In this document: in pieces, positions 49,706 to 61,697 of the stretch | Numbering within the stretch: the stretch's first letter is position 1 | How the letters are laid out: each line of letters begins with the position of its first letter | Source: an uncultured Peptoniphilaceae bacterium | GTDB lineage: Bacteria > Bacillota > Clostridia > Tissierellales > Peptoniphilaceae | Assembly (NCBI GenBank): GCA_964461305.1 | Contig: CAYWTV010000002.1 | Span: 56,942 to 120,941 of the forward strand | Direction: 5' to 3' | DNA: 64,000 bases | Made by a program: the position numbers and the translations under genes | The notes under the pieces: model-generated | Told to the model about the DNA's origin: nothing | Seen by the model: the letters and a program-made list of their open reading frames with translations, nothing else | Databases searched by the model: none

Positions 49706-52414
49706 TTAGTATCTAGTTAATACATATGATAAGTTGTTATTTATAACACTTATATCTAGTGCTGCGTTAGATGATCCTGTTAAAGTTACTAATCTATAAC
49801 CGTCAACTAAATTTACTGAATTTGTACTGCCTGGTATTATGATAAATACATTTTTTCCAGATTGGACTGCTTTTTCAATAGTATCGAAGAAGAATCCTTT
49901 CTCTTTTTCGCCGGAAATATTATTCGGGTTTGATTGCATCATTATTACTATATTTTTTAAATCTTTGTTTTCAATAGTATTTATAAATGGTTTCCATTGA
50001 TTTGGATTTGCAGATCTAACTCCATATTGATTCGATTGTAAAGTAATAAATGCGCTCTTATTTGATGTTTTAATGTTGTGAGTATCATTTCCATTAAACT
50101 TCATAGATGCATTAATTTGTTTCATCAAATCACCACCGACTCCATTAAAGGCTATTGCAACGTCTTTATTGTTTAGGTGAGCTATATTTTTAGTATTGTC
50201 TCCATTTTTATTAAAACTAGTTATTGAGAAATTAGCAGCTTCTTCATTAGCCATTTGATAATTTCTAGGATCGTTTACTCTACTAGATCCCGTTGCTAAT
50301 TCCCAATTTAATGGTAGTTTTACAGCGGCAACTAAGCCGTCAAATTTAATAGTCGAAACTATTTGTTTTGCTTCTGATATAGTCACAGAAATTTTATCTA
50401 AATAAATTTCTCCTGACAAACTAGAAGGTACAAATGCTTCTACATACTTCCATTCATTAAAGTTAACGTTGTTTACCAAATCAGCAGTTGCGCTTTTTGA
50501 ATTGCCATCTCTAAAGGTCGCTGTGATTTTACCACCTTGATTGTCTCCTTTAATCCAAAGTCCAATATATTGTGCAGCTCCTAATTTTAGTCCACCTTTG
50601 TAATTAATCTCTGCACTTTGGTTTTTTTCATAATTTGCTAAACTGTATATTAATCCAGTAGATGGATTAGAGTCTTGATTTTCAGAATCTATAAATGCCT
50701 TTGTAGTTATTTTAGTGTCGTCGTTAGGTTTAGTTGTTGTAAATAAATTTTCTTCACTGTCAAATCCAAAAATGTTTTCTTTTTGGGATCCTAAAGATAC
50801 TGGGATGACTCTTTTAATATCTTTGTAAGTTGCAGTTATAATTCCTGTGTTACTGCCAGATCCAGCAGTGAATTTATTTCCTTCTAATGAACCCAGTCCT
50901 TCACTTATAGAAAAAGATACTTGAGAAGGATTAATTTTTTTTCTGTATCCTAAATCGTCTTTTCCATATATAGTTTTAAATATATGAACTTTTCCTTCAG
51001 TCATTTGTAGAGAATCCACATCTAATACTAGTTCTTTTATATCAGAGTGTAAAAATACATCTACAGATCCTTTGGCATTTTTATAAGTTGCTACAATGGT
51101 TCCTTTACCTTTTTTATTAGGGGTAAAGTAATTATTACTGATAGTTCCAAATTCAGATTCTACTTTTATTTGGGATTTATCAACTGATAATTTATTGTGA
51201 TGTTTATCGTAAACTTCAAGTTCAAATGGGTAAGAAAAGCCACTGAACATGGATTTTTCACTAGGAATTATTTTAATATAGGAAGGTTCTGTTACTGGAG
51301 CGTTAGTTTTTATTCCAACTCCTGAGACTATCGGTCTTTGGGAACCGTCAGATGGAGTATTTACAACAGTTGTATTTTTATCTCCTGAATACTTAATTCC
51401 CATTGTAGTAGATCCACCACCATCTAAGTTAAGAGAATTATAAGCTCCGATACTCTTCATAAATTCTGCTAGTTCTCGTTCTCCCATACCAATTGAAGCA
51501 TTGTTTCTACCATCTATGGTAACCATTAGAATTTCTGTATTGTTTTTATTGATTCCAATTGCAGTTCTAGGAGCTCTAGAAGTAGATAGCCCACTTTTAG
51601 GAATACTTCCTTTATTAACTAAAATATTTCCTCCACCAATTGAAAACATTAAATCTTTATAGGATCCATAATTAATCGAAACTTGATCTCCAATGTTGAA
51701 AGATTTTAAATTTTCTCCAACTTGAGTTAATACGTAACTTCCTGGAAGAATACTAATTGGTAGTCCACCAACTCTTTTTTCTAGAACTCTACCATTTGAT
51801 CCTACTAGGATTTCCACGTTATTTGCACCTAATTTTCTACCAGGAGAAGTTTTTCCCCAGTTAGAATCTAAAACAGATAAACTTTTATAAGGTCTTGAAA
51901 CTTTATTAAGAGCATTAACGTAAAAATTTTGTCCTTTGGAAGTTACAGTTATATTGTTATCTAAACTTCCAACTCCACCTTTTCCGTCTTTAGTTACATA
52001 AAAAGAATTTCTACTAAAAGCCGCTTCAGGTGTAGTTAAAATTACTTTGTCTTCACCAGTTAAGGAACCTAATGCCATTGGGAAGTTAGTAACTTCGAAA
52101 AAATCACCATTTATTCCAGCTACTGCATCATTTGATTCGATCATAGTTGTAAGAGTAGCTCTTTTAGATACACCCTCTGGTCCAACTAGTGGAGTAAGAT
52201 TACTAAAAGTGTTTTTAGCATCTAGTTTTAATACATCAATATCAATCCATCCACTTTCAGTAAATCTATCAATTTTAACATATTCTACACCGCTGGCGAT
52301 GTTGTGCCTTTCTTTAACATCTTGGATTACTCCTGTAGCCCTGGCATTACCTGTTGATAGTAAAACAAAAGCAAATGACAGAACTATAATAAATTTTTTT
52401 AATCTTTTAATCAT
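49706..52414 (-). CDS. Secreted multidomain phosphodiester glycosidase (NAGPA/DUF2233) family protein
   Basis: 902 aa. Signal peptide present. RTAIGINKNNTEILMVTIDGRN...LNLDGGGSTTM is the NAGPA hallmark. Ig-like repeats and an uncharacterised C-terminal region follow. Confidence 0.75.
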   Translation of the reverse strand: MIKRLKKFIIVLSFAFVLLSTGNARATGVIQDVKERHNIASGVEYVKIDRFTESGWIDIDVLKLDAKNTFSNLTPLVGPEGVSKRATLTTMIESNDAVAGINGDFFEVTNFPMALGSLTGEDKVILTTPEAAFSRNSFYVTKDGKGGVGSLDNNITVTSKGQNFYVNALNKVSRPYKSLSVLDSNWGKTSPGRKLGANNVEILVGSNGRVLEKRVGGLPISILPGSYVLTQVGENLKSFNIGDQVSINYGSYKDLMFSIGGGNILVNKGSIPKSGLSTSRAPRTAIGINKNNTEILMVTIDGRNNASIGMGERELAEFMKSIGAYNSLNLDGGGSTTMGIKYSGDKNTTVVNTPSDGSQRPIVSGVGIKTNAPVTEPSYIKIIPSEKSMFSGFSYPFELEVYDKHHNKLSVDKSQIKVESEFGTISNNYFTPNKKGKGTIVATYKNAKGSVDVFLHSDIKELVLDVDSLQMTEGKVHIFKTIYGKDDLGYRKKINPSQVSFSISEGLGSLEGNKFTAGSGSNTGIITATYKDIKRVIPVSLGSQKENIFGFDSEENLFTTTKPNDDTKITTKAFIDSENQDSNPSTGLIYSLANYEKNQSAEINYKGGLKLGAAQYIGLWIKGDNQGGKITATFRDGNSKSATADLVNNVNFNEWKYVEAFVPSSLSGEIYLDKISVTISEAKQIVSTIKFDGLVAAVKLPLNWELATGSSRVNDPRNYQMANEEAANFSITSFNKNGDNTKNIAHLNNKDVAIAFNGVGGDLMKQINASMKFNGNDTHNIKTSNKSAFITLQSNQYGVRSANPNQWKPFINTIENKDLKNIVIMMQSNPNNISGEKEKGFFFDTIEKAVQSGKNVFIIIPGSTNSVNLVDGYRLVTLTGSSNAALDISVINNNLSYVLTRY

Positions 52415-52540
52415 TCTAAACCTCCATAGATAATATTATAACTTATTAAAGAATCTCTAGTTTACAAAGATGTGACATTTATATTTTCATTTTCTTTAAA
52501 AATTTTCTAATTTCATATATAATACATCATGAGGTAAAAT

Positions 52541-52993
52541 ATGGAATTTAATATACAAAATATAATGGAAATGAAAGATTTAGGAAATAAAATAGGACGC
52601 TCTCTAAAAGGGGGAGAAGTTATATGTTTAGTTGGAGATTTAGGGGCTGGAAAGACTCATCTAACTAAATTCATTGGGGAAGGTATGGGGATAGATGAAT
52701 ATATCACTAGCCCTACTTTTGCAATTCTAAATATTTATGAAGGAAAAATTCATTTAAATCACTTTGATATGTATAGATTAGAAGAAGATGTGGAGTTTGA
52801 AGATTTAGGTTTTGACGATTATTTATTTTCAGATGATGTAAATATCATTGAATGGCCTGAGAGAATAAAAAAATATTTACCTAAATCCTTAATTAATATA
52901 GAAATAAAAACTCTAGGGGAAGAAAAAAGACAAGTAAATATAACTACTAACTACGATGAAAAATATAAATATATATTGGAGAGTTTAAAATGA
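52541..52993 (+). CDS. tsaE: tRNA t6A37 biosynthesis ATPase TsaE
   Basis: 150 aa with GDLGAGKTHLTK and SPTFAILNIY. Confidence 0.9.
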   Translation: MEFNIQNIMEMKDLGNKIGRSLKGGEVICLVGDLGAGKTHLTKFIGEGMGIDEYITSPTFAILNIYEGKIHLNHFDMYRLEEDVEFEDLGFDDYLFSDDVNIIEWPERIKKYLPKSLINIEIKTLGEEKRQVNITTNYDEKYKYILESLK

Positions 52994-53670
52994 TAATTTT
53001 AGGTATTGATACATCTACAAAGACTATGTCAATTGGACTAGTTAAAGATGATGTTATTTTAGGGGAATTAAATTTTTATTCAAATATGGATCACTCAGAA
53101 AAACTAATAGACAATATTAAGTTTTTATTAGAATCCAATGATCTATCAATAAAGGACGTTGATTTAGTTGGTGTAGCAGTAGGACCTGGATCTTTTACAG
53201 GTATAAGAATCGGAATTGCTACTGTTAAGGGATTGGTAGAATTTAATAATACTCCAGTAGTTGGTATATCTTCATTAGAAATACTTTCTAGAAATTTTTC
53301 ATCTTCTAAGAGGGTGGCAGTAGCAGTAGATGCTAAAAGAGATAGAGTTTACGGTGGGATTTACAAATACTTAAATGGAGAAATAGAAATAATAACTGAG
53401 GATTTATACAATATAGAAGATTTTTCAAATCTACTGAAGAATTATGAAGATATTGTTTTGGCAGGAGACATTAATGAAATTTTTAAAAATGAATTTAATC
53501 AATCACTAAATTTTGCCATAGAAGGAAATTTAATTAACAGAGGATCAAATATTTGTTTCATTGCAAAAAGAGAATTTGAAAAAGGAAACACCACAACACA
53601 CTTAAATCTCGAAGCAAATTACATGACAAAACCCCAAGCTCAAATGGACTTAGAGAAAAAGAATGGTTGA
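52990..53670 (+). CDS. tsaB: tRNA t6A37 biosynthesis protein TsaB
   Basis: 226 aa with ILGIDTST... and GPGSFTGIRIG. ATGA overlap with tsaE. Confidence 0.9.
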   Translation: MIILGIDTSTKTMSIGLVKDDVILGELNFYSNMDHSEKLIDNIKFLLESNDLSIKDVDLVGVAVGPGSFTGIRIGIATVKGLVEFNNTPVVGISSLEILSRNFSSSKRVAVAVDAKRDRVYGGIYKYLNGEIEIITEDLYNIEDFSNLLKNYEDIVLAGDINEIFKNEFNQSLNFAIEGNLINRGSNICFIAKREFEKGNTTTHLNLEANYMTKPQAQMDLEKKNG

Positions 53671-54103
53671 TATAAAAATCAGACAAGGCAAAAAAGAGGA
53701 TTTAGGCAGACTTTATGAAATAGAAAAATCTTCAGTAGATGCCTGGTCTTATGAAATTTTAAAACAGGATTTAATAAATAACGATTTAAGTGTATATTTT
53801 GTAGCTGAAATGGATTTAAAAATAATTGGTTTTATATCAATTATGAATATTTCTGGTGAAGTTCATATTAACAATATAATTGTAGATGAAAATTATAGAG
53901 GTATTAAAACTGGAGAAAAGTTACTTAAATACGGGATGAATTACTTTAGTAAAGATTCTGTTTTTGGTTACACTTTAGAGGTTAGGGAAGATAATAAACC
54001 TGCAATAAATTTATATGAAAAATTTGGATTTACAATAGTAGGAAAAAGAAAAAATTATTATAAAAACAACAAGTCTGCTTTTATAATGTGGAAATTAGAT
54101 TAG
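53663..54103 (+). CDS. rimI: Ribosomal-protein-alanine N-acetyltransferase
   Basis: 146 aa GNAT ([11 protein letters not shown]) sited between tsaB and tsaD. Confidence 0.85.
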   Translation: MVDIKIRQGKKEDLGRLYEIEKSSVDAWSYEILKQDLINNDLSVYFVAEMDLKIIGFISIMNISGEVHINNIIVDENYRGIKTGEKLLKYGMNYFSKDSVFGYTLEVREDNKPAINLYEKFGFTIVGKRKNYYKNNKSAFIMWKLD

Positions 54104-54111
54104 GAGTAAAA

Positions 54112-55107
54112 ATGTTAGTATTAGGAATTGAATCTTCATGTGATGAAACTGCAGCAGCGGTAATAGAAGATGGAAGAAAAATTTGTTCAAATGTAATTTC
54201 ATCTCAAATAGACATTCACAAAAAATACGGTGGAGTAGTTCCAGAAGTTGCATCTAGAAAACATTTAGAAATTATTAGTCAAGTTGTAAAAGATGCACTA
54301 AATCAGGCAAATATAGGAATAAAAGACATAGATTTAATCGGCGCAACAAGAGGACCAGGTCTTATTGGAGCTTTATTAGTAGGATTATCATACGGTAAAG
54401 CATTGGCATTTGGAAACAATATTCCCTTTGTTGGAGTAAATCACATGGAAGGGCATATTTGTGCAAATTATTTAGATACTGATTTGAAACCTCCATATAT
54501 TTCTCTAGTAGTTTCAGGGGGACATACTTATTTAATTTTTGTGAAAAGTTATTTAGAATTTAAAGTCATTGGTAGAACTAGAGATGATGCAGCTGGTGAG
54601 GCCTATGACAAAGTTGCAAGAACTCTTGGTTTAGGTTATCCAGGTGGACCAAAAATTGATAAATTGGCAAAGGAAGGCCGTGAAACTTTTGAATTTCCTA
54701 GAGTTATGTTAAAGGAAGACAATTATGATTTTTCATTTAGCGGATTAAAGACAGCGGTTTTAAATCACATTAATTCTTCTAAAATGAAAGGTGAAGAAAT
54801 ATTAGTAGAAGACCTAGCAACAAGTTTTCAAGAGGCAGTTTTAGATGTTTTAGTTGGAAAAACTATGAAATTATCTCAAGAACTAAATATTAATACAATT
54901 GCAGTTTCTGGCGGAGTATCTGCAAATGACGGATTAAGAAGTAGATTTTTAAGTCTTGAAAAAGAAATGGGCTTAAAAACCTATTTTCCAAGTAAAGTCT
55001 TATCTACTGACAATGCAGCAATGATAGGGGCTGCGGCATATTATCAATATTTACGAGAAGGGGAAAGTGACTTTAGTATAAAAGCAGTAGCAAATTTAGG
55101 ATTATAA
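54112..55107 (+). CDS. tsaD: tRNA N6-adenosine threonylcarbamoyltransferase
   Basis: [29 protein letters not shown] and GGVSAN. ATG at 54112 follows the RBS AGGAG. The ORF-track start 54088 overlaps rimI. Confidence 0.93.
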   Translation: MLVLGIESSCDETAAAVIEDGRKICSNVISSQIDIHKKYGGVVPEVASRKHLEIISQVVKDALNQANIGIKDIDLIGATRGPGLIGALLVGLSYGKALAFGNNIPFVGVNHMEGHICANYLDTDLKPPYISLVVSGGHTYLIFVKSYLEFKVIGRTRDDAAGEAYDKVARTLGLGYPGGPKIDKLAKEGRETFEFPRVMLKEDNYDFSFSGLKTAVLNHINSSKMKGEEILVEDLATSFQEAVLDVLVGKTMKLSQELNINTIAVSGGVSANDGLRSRFLSLEKEMGLKTYFPSKVLSTDNAAMIGAAAYYQYLREGESDFSIKAVANLGL

Positions 55108-55195
55108 AACATTTGTTTTGTACACAAGTGCCTGTGGATAATGTGGAAAACTATATATTCTTTAGGAAACTTCAGTATTTAAAACTGGGGATAAA

Positions 55196-55227
55196 AAACC
55201 ATAAGCTTTTTTTAAGTTTATGGTTTT
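55196..55227. terminator. Bidirectional terminator (tsaD / ABC-F convergent)
   Basis: AAACCATAAGCTT / AAGTTTATGGTTT stem, flanked by A- and T-runs. Confidence 0.7.
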
Positions 55228-57124
55228 ATTGTAGTTCAATCCATTTTTCATATAAATAATCAATTTTTTCACTAAATTCAGCTCTTTTATTCCCAAGTTC
55301 AATAACTTTTTCATAATCAATTGATATGTCTGGATTCGATAAATCCTCGTCTATATTTACAATCTCTTCTTCTAGATGATTTATTTCATTTTCTAAATTT
55401 TGGATTTCTTGTCGTCTTTTTTTATTTTTATTAATTTCTTGACGTTGCTTTTTTTGTAGAGCTTTTTTTTCAGTTAAGGTCATTTCATTTTTTTCTTCAA
55501 TTGGATTTTCAAGCTCTAGTTTTTTCTGGTAATAGTAATTGTAGTCTCCTAAATATTCTGTAATTGAATCTCTTTTCATTTCCCAAATTTTATTGGCATA
55601 ATTATTTAAAAAATACCTATCATGGGAAATAGATATAACCGTTCCGTTATAATCTTTTAATGCATCTTCTAAGATCTCTTTAGAATCAATATCTAAGTGA
55701 TTAGTAGGTTCATCCATTAATAAAACATTAGAATCTGACAGCATTAGTTTTAAAAGAGAAACTCTAGCTTTTTCTCCACCACTAAGGGTATTTATTTCTT
55801 TTAAAATATCATCTCCTAAAAACATCATTTTTGCTAAGAAAGATCTAATTTCAAAATGAGTTAATGTAGGATATGAATCCCAAATTTCATCCATAATAGT
55901 TTTGTTGTTGTCTAAATGACTCATTTCTTGATCAAAATATCCAATAAATACATTAGTACCTATTTGAAGTTGACCTGAATCACTTGGGAATTTACCTGAA
56001 ATAATATTAAACAAAGTGGATTTTCCTATTCCATTCTCTCCTACAATACCAATTCGATCACCTCTAAATACTTTAAAATCAATATTTTCAAAGACTTTCT
56101 TTTCTCCAAAGGACTTAGAAAGATTTTCTCCAATAAAAATATCTTCCCCAGATTTAATATTAGTTTCAAACTTTATTTTAGCAGTTTTTTTAACATCTAT
56201 TGGAGTAAGAAGGTCAATTTTTTCAAGTTTCTTTAAGCGACTTTGTCCTTGTCTAATGGATTTTTCTCTTCCAACATTTAGAAACTTGTCAATTATTTTT
56301 CTTTCTCTTTCTATTTCTAATTGTTGGTTTTCATATTGTTTTTTTAGTACTTCCAGTTCTTTTTGTCTAAGCTTTTGGTAATTGGAATAATTTCCTTTAT
56401 AAGTTGTAAGATTAGTATTTTCCAATAAGAATATTTTGTTGACAATATTATCTAAGAAAAACCTATCGTGGGATATAACAATGAAAGTTCCTTTATAATC
56501 CCTAAGATAACTTTCTAACCAATTTATAGATTGTATGTCTAGGTGATTTGTAGGTTCGTCTAAAAACATAAAATCAGGATTTGAAAGTAATAATTTAGCA
56601 AGGTTTATTCTGGATTTTTGTCCACCACTTAAATGGTTAACAATTTTACTAAAATCCTTTTCTTCAAAACCTAATCCTTTAAGTACCCCAGTAACTCTGG
56701 AGTTTACCTCTGGTCCCTTAAGTTCAATGTATTTTTCTCGTAGTTTACTATATTCATCTAGTAATTTAGAATTCTTAATACTTTCTTCATCTAAATTGCT
56801 TATTTCAATTTCCAAAATACGCAATTTATCTTCTATTTTAAAAATATTTTCAAAAATTAAAAGACATTCTTGAAGTATAGTTTTTTCACTAGATATTTTA
56901 GTGTATTGCTTTAAATATTTAGGATTGGAATTTTTTTGATAAAAGATTTCTCCTGTATCACATAATAATTCTCCAGTTAAGACATTTAAAAGAGTAGTCT
57001 TTCCACTGCCGTTTTGGCCGATTAAACCTACCTTATCTCCTTCTTCTATATGAAAATTTACATCTTTAAAAATCTTTTCGTATATAAAACTTTTTGATAA
57101 ATCTTTTACACTTAAAATTGCCAT
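55226..57124 (-). CDS. ABC-F family ATPase (two ABC domains plus a coiled-coil C-terminal arm; translation factor/ARE-like class)
   Basis: Two Walker A sites (GQNGSGKTT, GENGIGKST), two signature motifs (LSGGQKSR, LSGGEKAR), no TM domain. ATG at 57124 follows the RBS GGAGG. Confidence 0.9.
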   Translation of the reverse strand: MAILSVKDLSKSFIYEKIFKDVNFHIEEGDKVGLIGQNGSGKTTLLNVLTGELLCDTGEIFYQKNSNPKYLKQYTKISSEKTILQECLLIFENIFKIEDKLRILEIEISNLDEESIKNSKLLDEYSKLREKYIELKGPEVNSRVTGVLKGLGFEEKDFSKIVNHLSGGQKSRINLAKLLLSNPDFMFLDEPTNHLDIQSINWLESYLRDYKGTFIVISHDRFFLDNIVNKIFLLENTNLTTYKGNYSNYQKLRQKELEVLKKQYENQQLEIERERKIIDKFLNVGREKSIRQGQSRLKKLEKIDLLTPIDVKKTAKIKFETNIKSGEDIFIGENLSKSFGEKKVFENIDFKVFRGDRIGIVGENGIGKSTLFNIISGKFPSDSGQLQIGTNVFIGYFDQEMSHLDNNKTIMDEIWDSYPTLTHFEIRSFLAKMMFLGDDILKEINTLSGGEKARVSLLKLMLSDSNVLLMDEPTNHLDIDSKEILEDALKDYNGTVISISHDRYFLNNYANKIWEMKRDSITEYLGDYNYYYQKKLELENPIEEKNEMTLTEKKALQKKQRQEINKNKKRRQEIQNLENEINHLEEEIVNIDEDLSNPDISIDYEKVIELGNKRAEFSEKIDYLYEKWIELQ

Positions 57125-57274
57125 AAATACCTCCAAATTACATTTTATCAAAAATTAAATAAAAGTAAAACTTATACTAATATAAATAATTAATAAACAA
57201 ATTCTAGTACAATATGTTTAATACTGTTGTGAATGTGTTATAATATTAATAATATGGATTAATGGAGTGATAAA

Positions 57275-57901
57275 ATGGCAGAGAAAAAAATATCTATAGC
57301 CGTTATTAGGAGGCTACCTAAGTACTATAGATACTTAGATGAATTAGAAAAATCAGACGTTAAAGGAGTTTCATCACAAGAACTTAGCGAATTAACAGGT
57401 TTTACAGCATCACAAATTAGACAAGATTTTAATAACTTTGGTGGGTTTGGACAACAGGGATTTGGATATAATGTAAGAAGTCTTAAACTTGCAATTAGTG
57501 AAATACTTGGACATGACATCGTTAAAAATGCTGTGATGATAGGATCTGGGAATTTAGGAAAAACAATAGCAAAGTATCCAGGATTTAGAGATTGTGGGTT
57601 AAATATCATAGCTATATTTGACCGTAATCCAAATAACATCGGTCAAGACATTGATGGAATTCAAATCCAAGATATTAAGAATGTAGAGAATTTCTTAGAA
57701 AACAAAAAAGTACATGTGGGAATTATAAGTGTAGATAAAGAAAGTGCTCAAGATATAGCGGACTTATATGTAAAATACGGACTTAAGGGTATATGGAATT
57801 TTGCTCCTATTGACTTAGAAGTTCCTGAAGATGTATATGTTGAAAATGTAAGTTTCACAGAGAGTTTTTTAGTACTATCATATTTTTTAAAAAACAAATA
57901 A
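57275..57901 (+). CDS. rex: Redox-sensing transcriptional repressor Rex
   Basis: 208 aa with RRLPKYYRYL, SSQELSELTGFTASQIRQDF and the Rossmann motif IGSGNLG. Confidence 0.93.
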   Translation: MAEKKISIAVIRRLPKYYRYLDELEKSDVKGVSSQELSELTGFTASQIRQDFNNFGGFGQQGFGYNVRSLKLAISEILGHDIVKNAVMIGSGNLGKTIAKYPGFRDCGLNIIAIFDRNPNNIGQDIDGIQIQDIKNVENFLENKKVHVGIISVDKESAQDIADLYVKYGLKGIWNFAPIDLEVPEDVYVENVSFTESFLVLSYFLKNK

Positions 57902-57907
57902 AAATTT

Positions 57908-57934
57908 AGGCAAAGTGTAAGACTTTGCCTTTTT
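57908..57934 (+). terminator. Intrinsic terminator after rex
   Basis: AGGCAAAGT / ACTTTGCCT stem, followed by TTTT. Confidence 0.8.
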
Positions 57935-57935
57935 A

Positions 57936-58826
57936 TTGGAGGAAATTTTGGAGTATATTTACAAAGACAATAATATTATATTAAAAAATTTACAAAACTT
58001 TGATCCAGAACATATATTAGAATGTGGTCAGGCATTTAGATGGAATAAAGAAATAGATAACAGTTATACTTTAGTAGCTTTTAATCGAGTTATTAACATT
58101 TCAAAAGAAGAAAATAATATTATAATTAAAAATTCTAATATTAATGATTTTGAAAATATTTGGAGAAATTATTTTGATTTAAATACTGATTATGAAAGTA
58201 TCCAATCTACTTTTAATGATGATGAAATAATGAATGAGGCAATATCTTACGGAAGTGGTATTAGAATACTAAATCAAGAGCCTTTTGAAACTGTTATTTC
58301 ATTTATCATTTCAGCAAACAACCGAATTCCCCAAATAAAAAAATCAATTGAGTTATTATGTAAAACATATGGTGAGAGTATAGGATTTTATGAAGGAAAA
58401 GAATATTTCTCATTTCCAACTCCAAATCAACTATCTAAAGCTGAAGTATTAGAAGTTAGAGAAATTTGCAGAGTTGGTTTTAGAGATAAGAGAATTGTAG
58501 CTGTTTCCCAATTAGTAGATGAAGGGATTTACAATTTAGAATCTTTAAGAAGTTATTCTAGGGAAGAAATAAGAAACACTCTTATAGATTTGCCAGGAGT
58601 AGGTCCTAAAATAGCAGATTGTATAACTTTATTTGCATTTAATAAAAAAGATTCTTTTCCAGTTGATGTATGGATAAAAAGAGTAATGGAATACTTGTAT
58701 TTTAAAGAAGAAGTAAATAAAAACAAAGTAGGAGAACTTGGAAGAGAAAAATTTGGCCAGTATGCAGGTGTAGCTCAACAATATTTATTTTACTATGGAA
58801 GAGAAAATTCAATAGGAAAAATTTAA
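57936..58826 (+). CDS. ogg: 8-oxoguanine DNA glycosylase (Ogg1-type, HhH-GPD)
   Basis: 296 aa with LPGVGPKIADCITLF (catalytic Lys context) and FPVDVWI (Asp). TTG start at 57936 or 57948. Confidence 0.82.
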   Translation: MEEILEYIYKDNNIILKNLQNFDPEHILECGQAFRWNKEIDNSYTLVAFNRVINISKEENNIIIKNSNINDFENIWRNYFDLNTDYESIQSTFNDDEIMNEAISYGSGIRILNQEPFETVISFIISANNRIPQIKKSIELLCKTYGESIGFYEGKEYFSFPTPNQLSKAEVLEVREICRVGFRDKRIVAVSQLVDEGIYNLESLRSYSREEIRNTLIDLPGVGPKIADCITLFAFNKKDSFPVDVWIKRVMEYLYFKEEVNKNKVGELGREKFGQYAGVAQQYLFYYGRENSIGKI

Positions 58827-58833
58827 AAAAATA

Positions 58834-58862
58834 TTGATTAAATCTCAAAATAAGGGTAATAT
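58834..58862 (+). promoter_or_regulatory. Sigma-A-type promoter of groES-groEL
   Basis: TTGATT, 17 nt, then TAATAT. Confidence 0.6.
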
Positions 58863-58873
58863 ATATGTAGAAG

Positions 58874-58900
58874 TTAGCACTCGGTCAACTAGAGTGCTAA
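58874..58900 (+). promoter_or_regulatory. CIRCE operator (HrcA binding site)
   Basis: Perfect TTAGCACTC-N9-GAGTGCTAA. Confidence 0.95.
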
Positions 58901-58929
58901 CACTATGATTATAAGAAAGGATGAAATAT

Positions 58930-59211
58930 ATGAACTTAAAACCTATTGGAGACAAAATTATAATTAAAAGATTAAAAGCTGAAGAGAAAACTTCTAGCGG
59001 TATAGTGCTTCCTGATTCTGCAAAAGAAGCTCCACAACAAGCAGAAGTAGTGGCAATTGGACCTGATATTTTAAATAATGACGAAAAGAAAGACCAAATT
59101 AATGTTGGAGACATAGTAGTATTTACAAAATATTCAGGAAATGAAATTAAAATAGACGACGAAGAATTAATAGTTTGTAAATTAAGTGATTTATTAGCAG
59201 TAGTAAAATAA
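58930..59211 (+). CDS. groES: Co-chaperonin GroES
   Basis: MNLKPIGDKIIIKRLKAEEKTSSGIVLPDSAKE. ATG at 58930 is better spaced from the AAAGGA RBS than the ORF-track start 58921. Confidence 0.95.
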   Translation: MNLKPIGDKIIIKRLKAEEKTSSGIVLPDSAKEAPQQAEVVAIGPDILNNDEKKDQINVGDIVVFTKYSGNEIKIDDEELIVCKLSDLLAVVK

Positions 59212-59228
59212 TAAAAGGGGGAATTTAA

Positions 59229-60854
<1,626 letters not shown>

Positions 60855-60862
60855 AATAAATC

Positions 60863-60893
60863 AAAGGGCTAACTAAATGTTAGCTCTTTTTTT
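60863..60893 (+). terminator. Intrinsic terminator after groEL
   Basis: AAAGGGCTAAC / GTTAGCTCTTT stem merging into a T-run. Confidence 0.8.
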
Positions 60894-60934
60894 AAATTAT
60901 ATGTAATTTATATGAAATAAATGTTCTTTCTTTC

Positions 60935-60963
60935 TTGATTATTAGATTTCTTTATTGTATAAT
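60935..60963 (+). promoter_or_regulatory. Sigma-A-type promoter of rpsU-yqeY
   Basis: TTGATT, 17 nt, then TATAAT. Confidence 0.65.
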
Positions 60964-61013
60964 TTTACAGTATTATGATATACGTACTCTTTTCTACGAA
61001 GGGAGGGATTTAG

Positions 61014-61196
61014 ATGTCTGAAATAAAAGTTGGGGAAAATGAATCGTTAGACAATGCTCTAAAGAGATTCAAAAGACAATGTGCAACAAGCGGTATACTT
61101 CGTGAAATTAGGCAAAGAGAACACTATGAGAAACCTAGTGTGAAAAGAAAGAAAAAAGCAGAAGAAGCTCGCAGAAAGAACCGTAAAGGACGTTAA
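61014..61196 (+). CDS. rpsU: 30S ribosomal protein S21
   Basis: 60 aa with [16 protein letters not shown]...[14 protein letters not shown]. Confidence 0.95.
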   Translation: MSEIKVGENESLDNALKRFKRQCATSGILREIRQREHYEKPSVKRKKKAEEARRKNRKGR

Positions 61197-61207
61197 TAGG
61201 TGATAAT

Positions 61208-61651
61208 ATGTCTTTAAAAGCACTCCTAATGGATGATCTTAAAACTTCCATGAAGAATAAGGACACTCTAAGGAAAAATACCATAACAATGGTAAGAGCT
61301 GGAATAAAACAAGTAGAAGTCGACGAAAGAATTGAACTCGATGATGATGGAATTATTCAAGTTATAAATAAACAGCTCAAGGAAAAGAGAAATTCAATAG
61401 AAGAATTCAAGAAAGGTAATCGTGATGACTTAGTTGAACAAGCTGAGGCAGAAATTGACATACTTCTTGAATATTTACCAGAACAACTTACTGAGGAAGA
61501 ATTAACTGTTATTGTTAAGGATGTACTTGAAAAAGGTAACTATACTTCAATGAAAGACATGGGAAGTATAATGAAAGATGTAATGCCTAAAATTCAAGGA
61601 AGAGCCGACGGCAATATGGTTAATCAAATCGTTAGAAAACTTTTAGTGTAA
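61208..61651 (+). CDS. yqeY: GatB/YqeY domain-containing protein
   Basis: 147 aa with DLKTSMKNKD and the LEYLPEQLTEEEL pattern. Conserved rpsU neighbour. Confidence 0.88.
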   Translation: MSLKALLMDDLKTSMKNKDTLRKNTITMVRAGIKQVEVDERIELDDDGIIQVINKQLKEKRNSIEEFKKGNRDDLVEQAEAEIDILLEYLPEQLTEEELTVIVKDVLEKGNYTSMKDMGSIMKDVMPKIQGRADGNMVNQIVRKLLV

Positions 61652-61663
61652 AATCTTCAAGTG

Positions 61664-61697
61664 ACGCAAGGGGAAATATTTCCTTTGCGTTTTTTTG
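61664..61697 (+). terminator. Intrinsic terminator after yqeY
   Basis: ACGCAAGGGGA / TTCCTTTGCGT stem (two G-U pairs), followed by TTTTTT. Confidence 0.8.

Noticed and set aside
52047-52433. 128-aa plus-strand ORF
   Set aside because: It is antisense to the 5' end of the 902-aa secreted protein gene, with no independent support.
56016-56381. 121-aa plus-strand ORF, and similar antisense ORFs (1414-1608, 3116-3328, 4722-5030, 6024-6447, 6930-7166, 7521-7892, 9389-10014, 12396-12623, 13089-13712, 15349-15585, 20228-20458, 29916-30122, 33824-34093, 37619-37807, 38216-38458, 42159-42404, 42953-43153, 46293-46817, 57325-57639, 59687-59905, 62210-62546)
   Set aside because: All of them are embedded antisense in, or overlap, well-supported genes with clear homology. 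They are treated as spurious.
57227-57244. Possible Rex operator overlapping the rex promoter (TTGTGAATGTGTTATAAT)
   Set aside because: Only the left half-site (TTGTGAA) matches the Rex box. The right half matches about 4 of 7 positions and coincides with an extended -10 (TGtTATAAT). This is not enough to call an operator.
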